A stretch of 32,000 nt of DNA from Candidatus Hadarchaeales archaeon (GCA_038823825.1 JAWBCC010000001.1:390001-422000), one strand, 5' to 3'. Counted from the stretch's first letter, positions 9,176 through 17,600 are shown. The notes: generated by a model from the sequence alone, not told the origin. Program-made: numbers and translations.

Positions 9176-10262
9176 TGGGGAACTTTTCGAGATTCTCCAA
9201 GTTGCTTTACAAAATGAACAACTAACTGAAAAAGAGATATGTAGATTACTGCTCTCCGAACCTGAAGAACTCCCAACGATTGCCTTGATTGCAGACTACA
9301 AAAGGTGGCTGGAGGTCGGAGACATCGTCACCTATGTGAGAAATAGAAACATAAATTTCACGAATATCTGCATCGGTTCATGTATGTTTTGCGGATTCCG
9401 CAGGGATAAAGATGACGAAGACGCTTATGTCCTCTCTCCGGAAGAAATAGCGAGAAAAACAGCTGAAGCAGTTTGGGCGGGGGCTACAGAAGTGTGTTTG
9501 CAGGGCGGTCTGCATCCAGATTTCGGACTTTCAGATTATCTGAAAATTCTCGATTCTGTAAGGTCCGTTTCAAAAAGTATTCATATTCATGCTTTTTCCC
9601 CCGAGGAAATCGAGCATATTTGCCGGCAGGAGGGGATGGATGTCTTTGAAGTTTTGTGTGCCCTCAGGGAGCATGGACTTGACTCCGTCCCAGGAACTGC
9701 AGCGGAGATTCTTTCGGACAACGTGAGAGAGAAAATATGTCCGCGCAAGGTGAGGACGAAGAGATGGACAGAAATCGTTAAGGCATGCCATTCTTTAGGA
9801 ATACCGACAACCTCGACAATCATGTATGGAACGATCGAAACATACAGAGAACGCGCAAAACACCTGCTGCTGATTAGAAAAATCCAAGAAGAGACCAGTG
9901 GGTTCACGGAATTCGTTTTATTACCGTTTGTGTCTTCACGAACGCCACTTGGAAAAGCCGGTTTGCGTTCTCCAAGTATGAGCGAGAACATAAAAATGCA
10001 TGCAGTCGCTAGGCTTGTCCTAGGCGATGTTCTTAAAAATATCCAGACTTCTTACGTGAAGCTTGGACTAGAAGGAGCAAAAGCTGCTCTGATGGCTGGG
10101 GCCAACGATCTGGGAGGAACACTCATGGAGGAGAATATAACGAGTGCTGCCGGAGGTAACGTACGTTGCATGAAAGCTGAGGAGCTTGAGGAACTGGCAC
10201 GTGCTGTTGGGAGGATACCTGCAGAAAGAACCACTACATATAGGTTGATACGAATTTGTTAG
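9132..10262 (+). CDS. cofH: F0 synthase subunit CofH (subunit 2), radical SAM
   Basis: NINFTNICIGSCMFCGF (CxxxCxxC), EVCLQGGLHP, YGTIET and ANDLGGTLMEENI. TTG 9132 is preceded by a perfect GGAGGTGA (9118-9125) with a 6-nt spacer. It overlaps the cofG 3' end by 44 nt. ATG 9150 is the alternative start. Confidence 0.9.
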   Translation: MSEVCLMKPVTEQVDGELFEILQVALQNEQLTEKEICRLLLSEPEELPTIALIADYKRWLEVGDIVTYVRNRNINFTNICIGSCMFCGFRRDKDDEDAYVLSPEEIARKTAEAVWAGATEVCLQGGLHPDFGLSDYLKILDSVRSVSKSIHIHAFSPEEIEHICRQEGMDVFEVLCALREHGLDSVPGTAAEILSDNVREKICPRKVRTKRWTEIVKACHSLGIPTTSTIMYGTIETYRERAKHLLLIRKIQEETSGFTEFVLLPFVSSRTPLGKAGLRSPSMSENIKMHAVARLVLGDVLKNIQTSYVKLGLEGAKAALMAGANDLGGTLMEENITSAAGGNVRCMKAEELEELARAVGRIPAERTTTYRLIRIC

Positions 10263-10276
10263 GAATAATCTTTCAG

Positions 10277-11311
10277 ATGGCAGAGACTATCCAAGAAGCT
10301 TTACTATATGAACAGTTGGAAGAGAAAAACGTTCGCTGTGGAGTATGCGAGAGACGCTGTTTCATTTCTCCAAATCAGCTTGGCTTTTGCAAAACCAGAA
10401 AAAATATAGGTGGAAAGTTATACACGTTGATCTACGGCGACATTTCATCGATGTCTGCAAATCCAATAGAGAAAAAACCTTTTTATCACTTCTGGCCTGG
10501 GAGCAAAGCCCTGACCGTTGGGAGTTGGAGTTGCAATTTCACTTGCCCCTGGTGTCAGAACTGGAGCATAAGCAAGTTTCCTCCTGAACCGGATAAGGCA
10601 AACTACATAAGTCCAGGAAAGTTCGTTGAGCTGGCGATCAAAAAAGGATGTCGAGGAACTAGCATATCTTTCAACGAGCCCACACTTATGCTAGAGTGGT
10701 CTCTTGACGTCTTCAGACTTGCACGCAAAAAGGGACTGTATAACACATTTGTTTCGAACGGTTACATGACCGTTGAAGCTCTCAAAATGCTTGTCGAGGC
10801 CGGTCTCGATGCGATGAATGTGGACGTTAAAGGGGATGAACGGACGGTCAGAGAATATTGCGGAGCAGATGTGGAAATCGTCTGGCGAAATATCAGAGAA
10901 GCAAAAAAGCTTGGAATTCACGTCGAAATCGTAAATCTGGTCATACCTGGCGTAAACGACGGAGAAGATCAGCTGAGAAATCTCGTGAAAAGATGTCTGC
11001 GCGAGGCAGGGGAGGAAACCCCAATTCATTTCACGGCATACTATCCGGCTTTTAGATTTGATGCTCCCCCCACTCCCGTTTCAAAACTAGAAATGGCTCA
11101 TAACTTGGCCATGGAGGAAGGAATGATGTATGCATACGTTGGAAATATCCCGGGGCACCCATTTGAGAATACTTATTGTCCAGCCTGCGGACGTGTTCTC
11201 ATAAGAAGATTCGGTTTTGAGGTTTTGGAGGTAAATTTGATAGGAAAGAGATGTGAATTTTGCGGAGAAGAAGTGCTTCTGATAGGTGAGGCAAAATGTT
11301 CTTCCATGTGA
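10277..11311 (+). CDS. AmmeMemoRadiSam-type radical SAM enzyme (PFL-activase-like)
   Basis: N-terminal EALLYEQLEEKNVRCGVCERRCFISPNQLGFCKTRKN, then DPIEKKPFYHFWPGS, the radical SAM cluster CNFTCPWCQNW, and a C-terminal CPACG..CEFCG zinc-ribbon-like pair. Start at ATG 10277. TTG 10256 (behind AGGTTGA) is the alternative. Confidence 0.78.
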   Translation: MAETIQEALLYEQLEEKNVRCGVCERRCFISPNQLGFCKTRKNIGGKLYTLIYGDISSMSANPIEKKPFYHFWPGSKALTVGSWSCNFTCPWCQNWSISKFPPEPDKANYISPGKFVELAIKKGCRGTSISFNEPTLMLEWSLDVFRLARKKGLYNTFVSNGYMTVEALKMLVEAGLDAMNVDVKGDERTVREYCGADVEIVWRNIREAKKLGIHVEIVNLVIPGVNDGEDQLRNLVKRCLREAGEETPIHFTAYYPAFRFDAPPTPVSKLEMAHNLAMEEGMMYAYVGNIPGHPFENTYCPACGRVLIRRFGFEVLEVNLIGKRCEFCGEEVLLIGEAKCSSM

Positions 11312-12405
11312 TAATGACGACTCATTGTAATCTCATGTGTAGATATTGCTATGGAGAGGCCGTAAACGATTTTTCCGAAACGGGTGAAGATTTTGACGTT
11401 CTTCTGCCGGAAAGAATAGCATACGATGTTGGTGAGCTTGCTTCCTTCTGCTCGAAAGATCCTGATTGTTCAATTATTTTCTACGGTGGGGAGCCATTGC
11501 TCGAAGCCGAAAAGATTGAAGAAATCATAGAGAAAGTTCCAGCACGCAGATTTCTGATCCAAACAAATGGCACCCTTCTTCACCGGCTCGGGAAAAATTA
11601 TTTTGCAAAACTCCACACGATCGCCGTTTCGGTGGACGGGAAAGAAGAAACCACCGATATGAACAGGGGTGATGGAACTTTTAGGAGAGTTGTGAAGAAT
11701 CTGAAATATGTTGCGAAGAGTGGTTTTGAAGGAGAAATAATTGCCAGAATGACGGTAATGGAGCCGATGGACATTTTCGAGGAGGTAAGATGGCTTCTCA
11801 ACAATCAGGAGTTTTCTTTCTCCGCTGTTCACTGGCAGCTAAACGCTGGTTTCTGGAATGACTTTGAAAAAAGGAATTTCAAAGTTTGGGTAGAAGAAAA
11901 GTATAATCCTGGCGTGAGAAAACTCGTGGAATGGTGGACAGAAGAGATCTGGCACGGCAGAGTTCATAAAATTTATCCCTTCCTCGGCGTTTTGAAATCC
12001 TTATTTGCAGGCGGTGCTGGAGGGTTGAGATGCGGTGCTGGCTGGGCAAACTATGCCATACAGACAGATGGACATATAATTCCGTGCCCGAGCATGTGGG
12101 GAATGCGAAGATTTTATCTAGGACACATTACACAAAGCCATCCGCTAAACCTAGAAAAAATAAAAACAACAGATTTCTGCGAGGACTGCGAAATTTTCGC
12201 CTTCTGCGGTGGGAGATGTCTCTACGCCAACGTGATGAAGAGATGGTCACGGGAAGCATACCGGATTGTGTGCGGAACTGTGAAAAATCTAGTAAACGCG
12301 CTGAGATGTGTTCTGCCAAAAATTGAGAAAGCTTTGCAGATGAATATCGTAAAACCTGAAGATTTTAATTTCCTAGAGTTTAACGGATGCGAAATCATTC
12401 CGTAA
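11296..12405 (+). CDS. Radical SAM / SPASM-domain enzyme of unknown substrate (AF0577-like family from memory)
   Basis: HCNLMCRYCYGE at residues 10-21, FYGGEPLL, IQTNGTLL and VSVDG. C-terminal GLRCGAGW..DGHIIPCP and CEDCEIFAFCGGRCLY (CX2CX5CX3C SPASM motif). ATG 11296 lies behind AGGTGA and overlaps the upstream gene by 16 nt. Confidence 0.75.
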   Translation: MFFHVIMTTHCNLMCRYCYGEAVNDFSETGEDFDVLLPERIAYDVGELASFCSKDPDCSIIFYGGEPLLEAEKIEEIIEKVPARRFLIQTNGTLLHRLGKNYFAKLHTIAVSVDGKEETTDMNRGDGTFRRVVKNLKYVAKSGFEGEIIARMTVMEPMDIFEEVRWLLNNQEFSFSAVHWQLNAGFWNDFEKRNFKVWVEEKYNPGVRKLVEWWTEEIWHGRVHKIYPFLGVLKSLFAGGAGGLRCGAGWANYAIQTDGHIIPCPSMWGMRRFYLGHITQSHPLNLEKIKTTDFCEDCEIFAFCGGRCLYANVMKRWSREAYRIVCGTVKNLVNALRCVLPKIEKALQMNIVKPEDFNFLEFNGCEIIP

Positions 12406-12437
12406 AATCTAAAATCTTGCACGGATAGTTAAACACG

Positions 12438-12515
12438 GGGCCGGTAGCTCAGCCTGGTATGAGCACTCGCTTCGCAAGCGAGGGGTCGCGGGTTCAAATC
12501 CCGCCCGGTCCACCA
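12438..12515 (+). tRNA. tRNA-Ala (anticodon CGC)
   Basis: Acceptor GGGCCGG/CCGGTCC with the G3:U70 alanine identity pair, D arm GCTC..GAGC, anticodon stem CTCGC/GCGAG with loop TTCGCAA (CGC), T arm GCGGG-TTCAAAT-CCCGC, discriminator A, CCA encoded. 78 nt. A T-run follows (12521-12525). Confidence 0.92.
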
Positions 12516-12672
12516 AATCATTTTTGGATATTCACCGGACTTCTGTGTTTTGTTGAATAAAAAAGGATTTAAGTATGCTAAAAATGTTTCAGCGCAAACT
12601 TAACAAAAACGGGAACAGTAGGCTTTTAACATTATTTTCTACCAAAGCGTATTTCGTGATCAGAAATATGCT

Positions 12673-13908
12673 TCACCCTTCCCAATCTAGGAGTCGCTTT
12701 TCGCCTTCTATCCTCTTCAAGTCTGTTATGTCTTGGGAAACCTCCATTGTTCCCAAATATTTGCCATCCTTGTCTCTCAATGCGAAATATCTTATGTGAA
12801 TTAAGCGATCGCCCTTTTTTATCCAGAATTCTGCCACGTCTTTTTCACCCTTCCTGAAGGCCTCTAGGATTCTGTTAACCACATGAATGCTTTTTTGCGG
12901 ATGACAAAGTTGCACTTTTCTGCCTAGAATAGCCTTTGTTCTTACAAATATGCGTTTTTCTGCTCTATTAAAATATTTGACAGCATCATTCTTGTCTACG
13001 AAGGTTATATCCACTGGCAGGGTGTTTAAAATAGCCTCTGCTTCCTCTTTTGTTAATGTCCCAGTTTCAAATTGTAATTCGCCCTGTTGTATAGATTCAG
13101 CTACAGCTATTGGTTTTTCAACAATTTTGACTGACTTGGCTATTGAGTATTCTGGAGTGAAGCAGCAATATCCAATTTCGTCAAAGTCAGCTTTTATAGT
13201 GGTCCACTCTTGTTCCGTGATGATGCGTAGAGCCGTCGGAAATAGGATGTTGTTTTCCTTGAAAATATGGCTGTTTAGAGCGCTGTCTATGGCGTTAGCT
13301 AGTTCACAGAGCTGCCTCCCAAAATCCAAGAAGCTCATTTTTGAGGCGCTTTCGACCAAGGCCTTAAGCTGCTTTTTCTTTTCTCTAAGCTGGTTGTGTT
13401 CCATCCACATTATGGCTGGCGGTTCACTTATTCCATGTTTCTCCAAAACTGGGAAAAGAGCGTTCTCCTCACGTAAATAATGTTTTTCGGCATCTGAAAA
13501 CTCATCTGCAACATGTCTCAACTGTGAAAATTCTTCGGTTACCTCATCTAAACTTTCTGCTCTTTGCATTTTTTCAGCTAAAAATCCAAGCTTTTGGGAT
13601 ATTTGCTGAAGCATTCTGTGCTCCTCTAGTAAGATGCCAATGGGACTGGCTGGAGCCGCCTCAATCTTTTGCTTTTCCAATTGTTCCTTGAAGACTGCTA
13701 AGTGAACATCGCATAACCTTTGAAGTTCCTCTCTCGATACACCCTCACTTAAGAGTTCTTGTTCAACTTTGACTATCTCAAACGGGTCTGCTCCCTCCAG
13801 TATCTGTTTAAATTTCTCCTTAACCTCCTGCAAAGACGCACCAGCATGCAGTTGCCCAATAATCTCCTTCAGAAGCCTTCTCCTATCTTTCTCAGGGACT
13901 CCACCCAA
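12673..13908 (-). CDS. DUF438 / hemerythrin-like / PAS-domain protein (putative O2, NO or iron sensor)
   Basis: N-terminal LLKEIIGQLHAGASLQEVKEKFKQILEGADPFEIVKVEQELLSEG (DUF438-like). The middle part has H..E..LFP-type hemerythrin cation-binding repeats (EKHYLREENALFPVLEKHG, NSHIFKENNILFP). The C-terminal VDITFVDKNDAVKYFN..VQLCHPQKS..EFWI..HIRYFALRD..YLGTMEVSQDIT is PAS-like. TTG start at 13908; the next in-frame ATG is at residue 98. Confidence 0.75.
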   Translation of the reverse strand: MGGVPEKDRRRLLKEIIGQLHAGASLQEVKEKFKQILEGADPFEIVKVEQELLSEGVSREELQRLCDVHLAVFKEQLEKQKIEAAPASPIGILLEEHRMLQQISQKLGFLAEKMQRAESLDEVTEEFSQLRHVADEFSDAEKHYLREENALFPVLEKHGISEPPAIMWMEHNQLREKKKQLKALVESASKMSFLDFGRQLCELANAIDSALNSHIFKENNILFPTALRIITEQEWTTIKADFDEIGYCCFTPEYSIAKSVKIVEKPIAVAESIQQGELQFETGTLTKEEAEAILNTLPVDITFVDKNDAVKYFNRAEKRIFVRTKAILGRKVQLCHPQKSIHVVNRILEAFRKGEKDVAEFWIKKGDRLIHIRYFALRDKDGKYLGTMEVSQDITDLKRIEGEKRLLDWEG

Positions 13909-14174
13909 CGAACATCCCTTTTCATATTTTCATTTTAAGTTTTAAAAACAGTTCGTATCTTTCAAGACATTTCTATTTATTTTTTGAAGTCATGATCGGA
14001 GAAAGCCGATAGACCAAGATGTCGGAATCTTTTTGAAAATCTATCCTAGCTTTTTCAGGATCTTGCTGCATACCTATATGAAGAAAAAATTGCCCCACGC
14101 TGAAAATTTAAGAACTGTGAGGACTGAAGCACATGGTAAAAACCATCTGGAGAGGGGAATCTAATTCCAAGAAT

Positions 14175-14543
14175 TTAATCAATGCCAATTCTCGCTGTAA
14201 GTTTTATGAGAAGGAAGACTACCAGCATAACGATCAAGAAGGTTATCAGAGCACCGGCAAAGTGTCCGACTCTGAAAGGCCCGAGAGTTATCGTTTCCCA
14301 CTCAGCTCCGGGAACCGCGATTTCGATGACTGGCATTATGAAATCCGCAACGAGCGCTTGCACAAGAGCACCCACATATAGACCGATCACAAACGCCACC
14401 GCCAGTCCGAGAATTTTGTATTTTGAAACGAAATTTATGAACTCGGCTTTGAAGCCCTTCGGTGGAGGAGGCGGTGGTTTTGGTTCTAGGAGCGCCCTTA
14501 TCCGCCTGAGCTCTTCTAAGATTTCGTCATCCTTTTTAGACAT
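14175..14543 (-). CDS. mscL: Large-conductance mechanosensitive channel MscL with N-terminal extension
   Basis: 122 aa. FKAEFINFVSKYKILGLAVAFVIGLYVGALVQALVADFIMPVI corresponds to the MscL S1/TM1 block. A second TM follows: FAGALITFLIVMLVVFLLIKL. It is preceded by MSKKDDEILEELRRIRALLEPKPPPPPPKG. Confidence 0.8.
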   Translation of the reverse strand: MSKKDDEILEELRRIRALLEPKPPPPPPKGFKAEFINFVSKYKILGLAVAFVIGLYVGALVQALVADFIMPVIEIAVPGAEWETITLGPFRVGHFAGALITFLIVMLVVFLLIKLTARIGID

Positions 14544-14565
14544 TCAAAATAAAATTCTTCAAGAG

Positions 14566-14572
14566 ATATAAA
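14566..14572 (-). promoter_or_regulatory. TATA-like box (TTTATAT on the minus strand) centred about 26 nt upstream of the mscL ATG; suggests a leaderless mRNA
   Basis: The minus strand reads GATTTATATCTCTTGAAGAATTTTATTTTGA-ATG with no SD between box and ATG. The spacing equals the usual archaeal TATA-to-TSS distance. Confidence 0.3.
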
Positions 14573-14626
14573 TCTCGTGCTACGGAAACCTAAATCATGA
14601 TTTTATTTACTTTGTCTATGAAAACA

Positions 14627-17600
14627 TTAACGTGTAAGTTCAGCCTTGTTTGAGCTCGCGTTTTTTCGTCTTCTTCTCCAAACGAATATCATGAATAAAA
14701 CAAAGATAATCACAGAAACTAGCGCAACCCATAAAATCCAGACAGGAATCTTCACAGGTCTGGACAAAATTACATCAAAAACGCCCGGTAGTTCACCGAT
14801 TACAACTTTCCCAACAAGTTCGTTCTCTGGAGCTTTGAGATACACTGTTCTCCCGAAAAGTTCCCAATTTTCTACTTCGATTTCTCCTCTTTCGTCTGTT
14901 CTTCCAAGATAGTTTATCTCTCTTCCTTCTTCAAAACCAAAGTATATTTCAACATTGGAAGCGAGGACATTATCTACACGGAAAACAAACCTGATCGGCG
15001 AGTATACCTTAATTGTCAACTGATTCTCGCTTCTGGAATACATAATATCGCCTGGGAACAAAGCGGTCACAGTAACCGTTAACACATTTTCTGTAATTCT
15101 CGGGACTACCAGAATGACTTTGGATTGTCCGTTCCTATCCGTTGTGTCCGCTTCTTTTGAGAGGATACCATGAGTTGTGCGCCATACTATCAACCTGTTT
15201 GCAAGCGGGACTCCGTTCTCGTTCATAAGGGTGGCTGTGAGCTCCACAGATTTTCCGAACCAAGTACGAGGAACCGCTGAAATAGTCAGGAAAGATGGTG
15301 GAAGTTGCGGGAAAATATATCCTAATGAAACGGCTTGGCTGGGGGAATAGTTCTCGTCACCAGGGAAATAAGCGGTTATCATTGTGTTTTCTTGTGTTAA
15401 CACGCGCGGCGCACGATAGGTTACATAGGCATTTCCAGCATTATCCGTGTTTGTTAAATTTTCTAAGAGGGTTCCTAGAGTTGTGCTCCAAATGATTGGT
15501 TTACCCGGAAGGGGATTTCCGTCTTGATCTACGAGCGTAGTGGTCAATAGAATACTCTCTTCCGAAGATATCGAAAATTCAAGTGGATATATCGCCAATC
15601 TTGTTTTTATACGAGAGAGCACGAGACCTGTGGAGGTTCCGATACTTCCATAATATTGAGACGTTTCCGTAAATGTCGCCATAATAAATACATACACATT
15701 TTCGTCAACTACGGGCGCAGTATAAACGGTTGTTGTCCTACCGTTTTCATCCGTCCGCCCACTCGAGGGATTGAAGGTTCCTAGGTTGTGATTCTCTAAC
15801 CAGGTTATAACCATTCCCTGAAGAGGTCTACCAAGCTCGTCGCGCAAAGTAGCCGTTAAGGTTAAGGATCTTCCACTAAAAATTTCGAAAGCGCTGGGAT
15901 CTATTGAGAGTGTCGTTGATAGCTTGGTTGGAGGCGGAGGCGGCGGTGGGGTCGGAGTTATTTTCTGGATGTTTCCCCAGACGACCTCGGATTCATTCAG
16001 GGCATAGTCGCGCACTTGCCCATAAACAGTTTTCAATCCATCCCCGGGACTGAGTTGCCATGTCTTCGTTGTGGAGTAATCCTCCCAGCTGCTCCAATTT
16101 TCTCCTTCATTTCTAAAACGCATCTGCCAGACTCCACTCAGCGCATCACTTGCGATGATCGTGATGGTCACGGTGGAAGAAGTTGTTTCAGCCGCACCTC
16201 CGTTTATGAGGAAAGATATTATCTGCGGAGGAGTTGTGTCCACTGTAAGTCTCTGGGTAGATGACCATCCGCCATCGTTTCCGGCATTGTCCCTGGCTCT
16301 CACCCTCCAGTAGTATACACCGTCCGGAAGGACTGGAGTTATTACGCTGGAAGTACCTGTTGTTGACCAGACCGTAAGGGTTGTTGTAAATGCGAGTGGG
16401 GCTGTGAACGTGTTCTCGTTGTCAACCTCGATCGTGTATACAACGGGCAAGGAGTTCTCGAAGACGTTGTTCCAGACCAAGGTCGGCGTGTTATCGTTCG
16501 TGTTCTCCCCATCGGACGGCGAGACTAGGGTAGGTGCAGCTGGTGGAATCGTATCTACTCTGAAACTCCAGACACCTGACCATCCACCCTCATTTCCTGC
16601 ATTGTCTCTAGCTCTCACCCTCCAGTACCAGACTCCATCGGAAAGATTAGGTGTGGTCCAGTTGTTGTCAGTTATCCAGCCGGAGCTTGCGTTCTCGTAC
16701 GGGAATGCTGAGTTATCACTCACTGCGGCGTAATACTCAACGGGCAGGGAGGCATCTACCACATTCTCCCAGAGAAGGGTTGGTGTGTCGTCATTGATGT
16801 TTTCTCCATCCACTGGAGAGATTAGTATCGGAATCCTCACGTATGTGTCAACGTCTATCATATCAAGCGCACGGTAGGGAACTTGTGTGTTACCTGCCAG
16901 ATCTCTGGCATTCTCAACGACGATGTCAACACCTAGGACCTCCTCATCAACATCGGCTATATCATAGGTTGCCACGTAGATCGTAGGCGATATCCACGCT
17001 CCGGAGACCGGGGTTAGTGTTCCGGATGATACTATGTCGGGATCGAACGCTATATCGGGAGCAACAGAAGCATCCATATTCTCACTGTACGTTATCGTTA
17101 TAACCAGAGTTCCTCCATTATCGGATTCCGTTATAAGGTTGTCGCTTATGGTGATGCCAACAACATAGGGAGCAACGGTGTCGATTCTGAAGCTCCAGAC
17201 ACCTGACCAATCGCCTTCGTTTCCAGCATTGTCCCTAGCTCTCACCCTCCAGTAGTATACACCGTCCGGAAGGACGGAGGTCGTGACGCTAGAGGTTCCG
17301 GTTGTTGACCAGTTCTCAACGGTCGTCGTGAAAACGAGTGGGGCAGAGAACGTGTTCTCGTTGTCAACCTCTATCGTGTAGACGATCGGTAGGGAGTTCT
17401 CAAAGACGTTGTTCCATACGAGAGTGGGTGTATTGTCGTTCGTGTTTTCGCCGTTCACTGGAAAGACCAGAGTCGGGCCTTCGGGCGGAACTGTGTCAAC
17501 CCTGAAGAATCTAATCTGGCTCCATTCTCCCGTGTTACCCGCACCATCAGTTGCATAAACAAACCAACAGTAAAGATTGTCCGGTAGTTGCATGCTCACC

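Noticed and set aside
12030-12326. 98-aa alternative-frame ORF inside the SPASM gene, preceded by GGAGGGTT-GAG-ATG; also a 23-codon ORF from ATG 11790 behind GGAGGTAAG
   Set aside because: The main frame carries the complete SPASM cysteine motifs across this region. The SD-like strings are explained by Gly/Glu codons (GAGG, EEV). The alternative-frame products are basic low-complexity sequences. This is worth only a ribosome-profiling glance.
12575-12799. 74-aa ORF just downstream of tRNA-Ala, considered as a possible precursor peptide for the SPASM enzyme
   Set aside because: No SD. Two thirds of it overlaps, antisense, the conserved PAS-like C-terminus of the DUF438 gene. It has no Cys- or Gly-rich core typical of RiPP precursors.
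12950-13480. 176-aa plus-strand ORF opposite the DUF438/hemerythrin gene
   Set aside because: Antisense shadow. Ser/Phe/Cys-rich low-complexity translation.
13980-14170. Possible C/D-box sRNA or other ncRNA in the 266-bp mscL/DUF438 spacer (ATGATCG, CTGA strings, small hairpin ATCGG-AGAAAG-CCGAT)
   Set aside because: No properly spaced C (RUGAUGA) / D (CUGA) pair with terminal stem on either strand. The hairpin is short. Best read as 3' UTR/terminator plus promoter DNA.
14460-14490. GC-rich ggtggaggaggcggtgg tract, similar to ggaggcggaggcggcggtgg at 15929-15957, considered as a shared regulatory repeat
   Set aside because: Both are the complements of poly-proline codons (PPPPPPP) inside mscL and the giant protein. 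This is coding low complexity, not a regulatory element.
14627-14760. PGF-CTERM / archaeosortase sorting signal at the C-terminus of the giant protein
   Set aside because: A TM helix plus a basic tail is present, but there is no PGF (or similar) tripeptide before the helix and no archaeosortase gene in the window.
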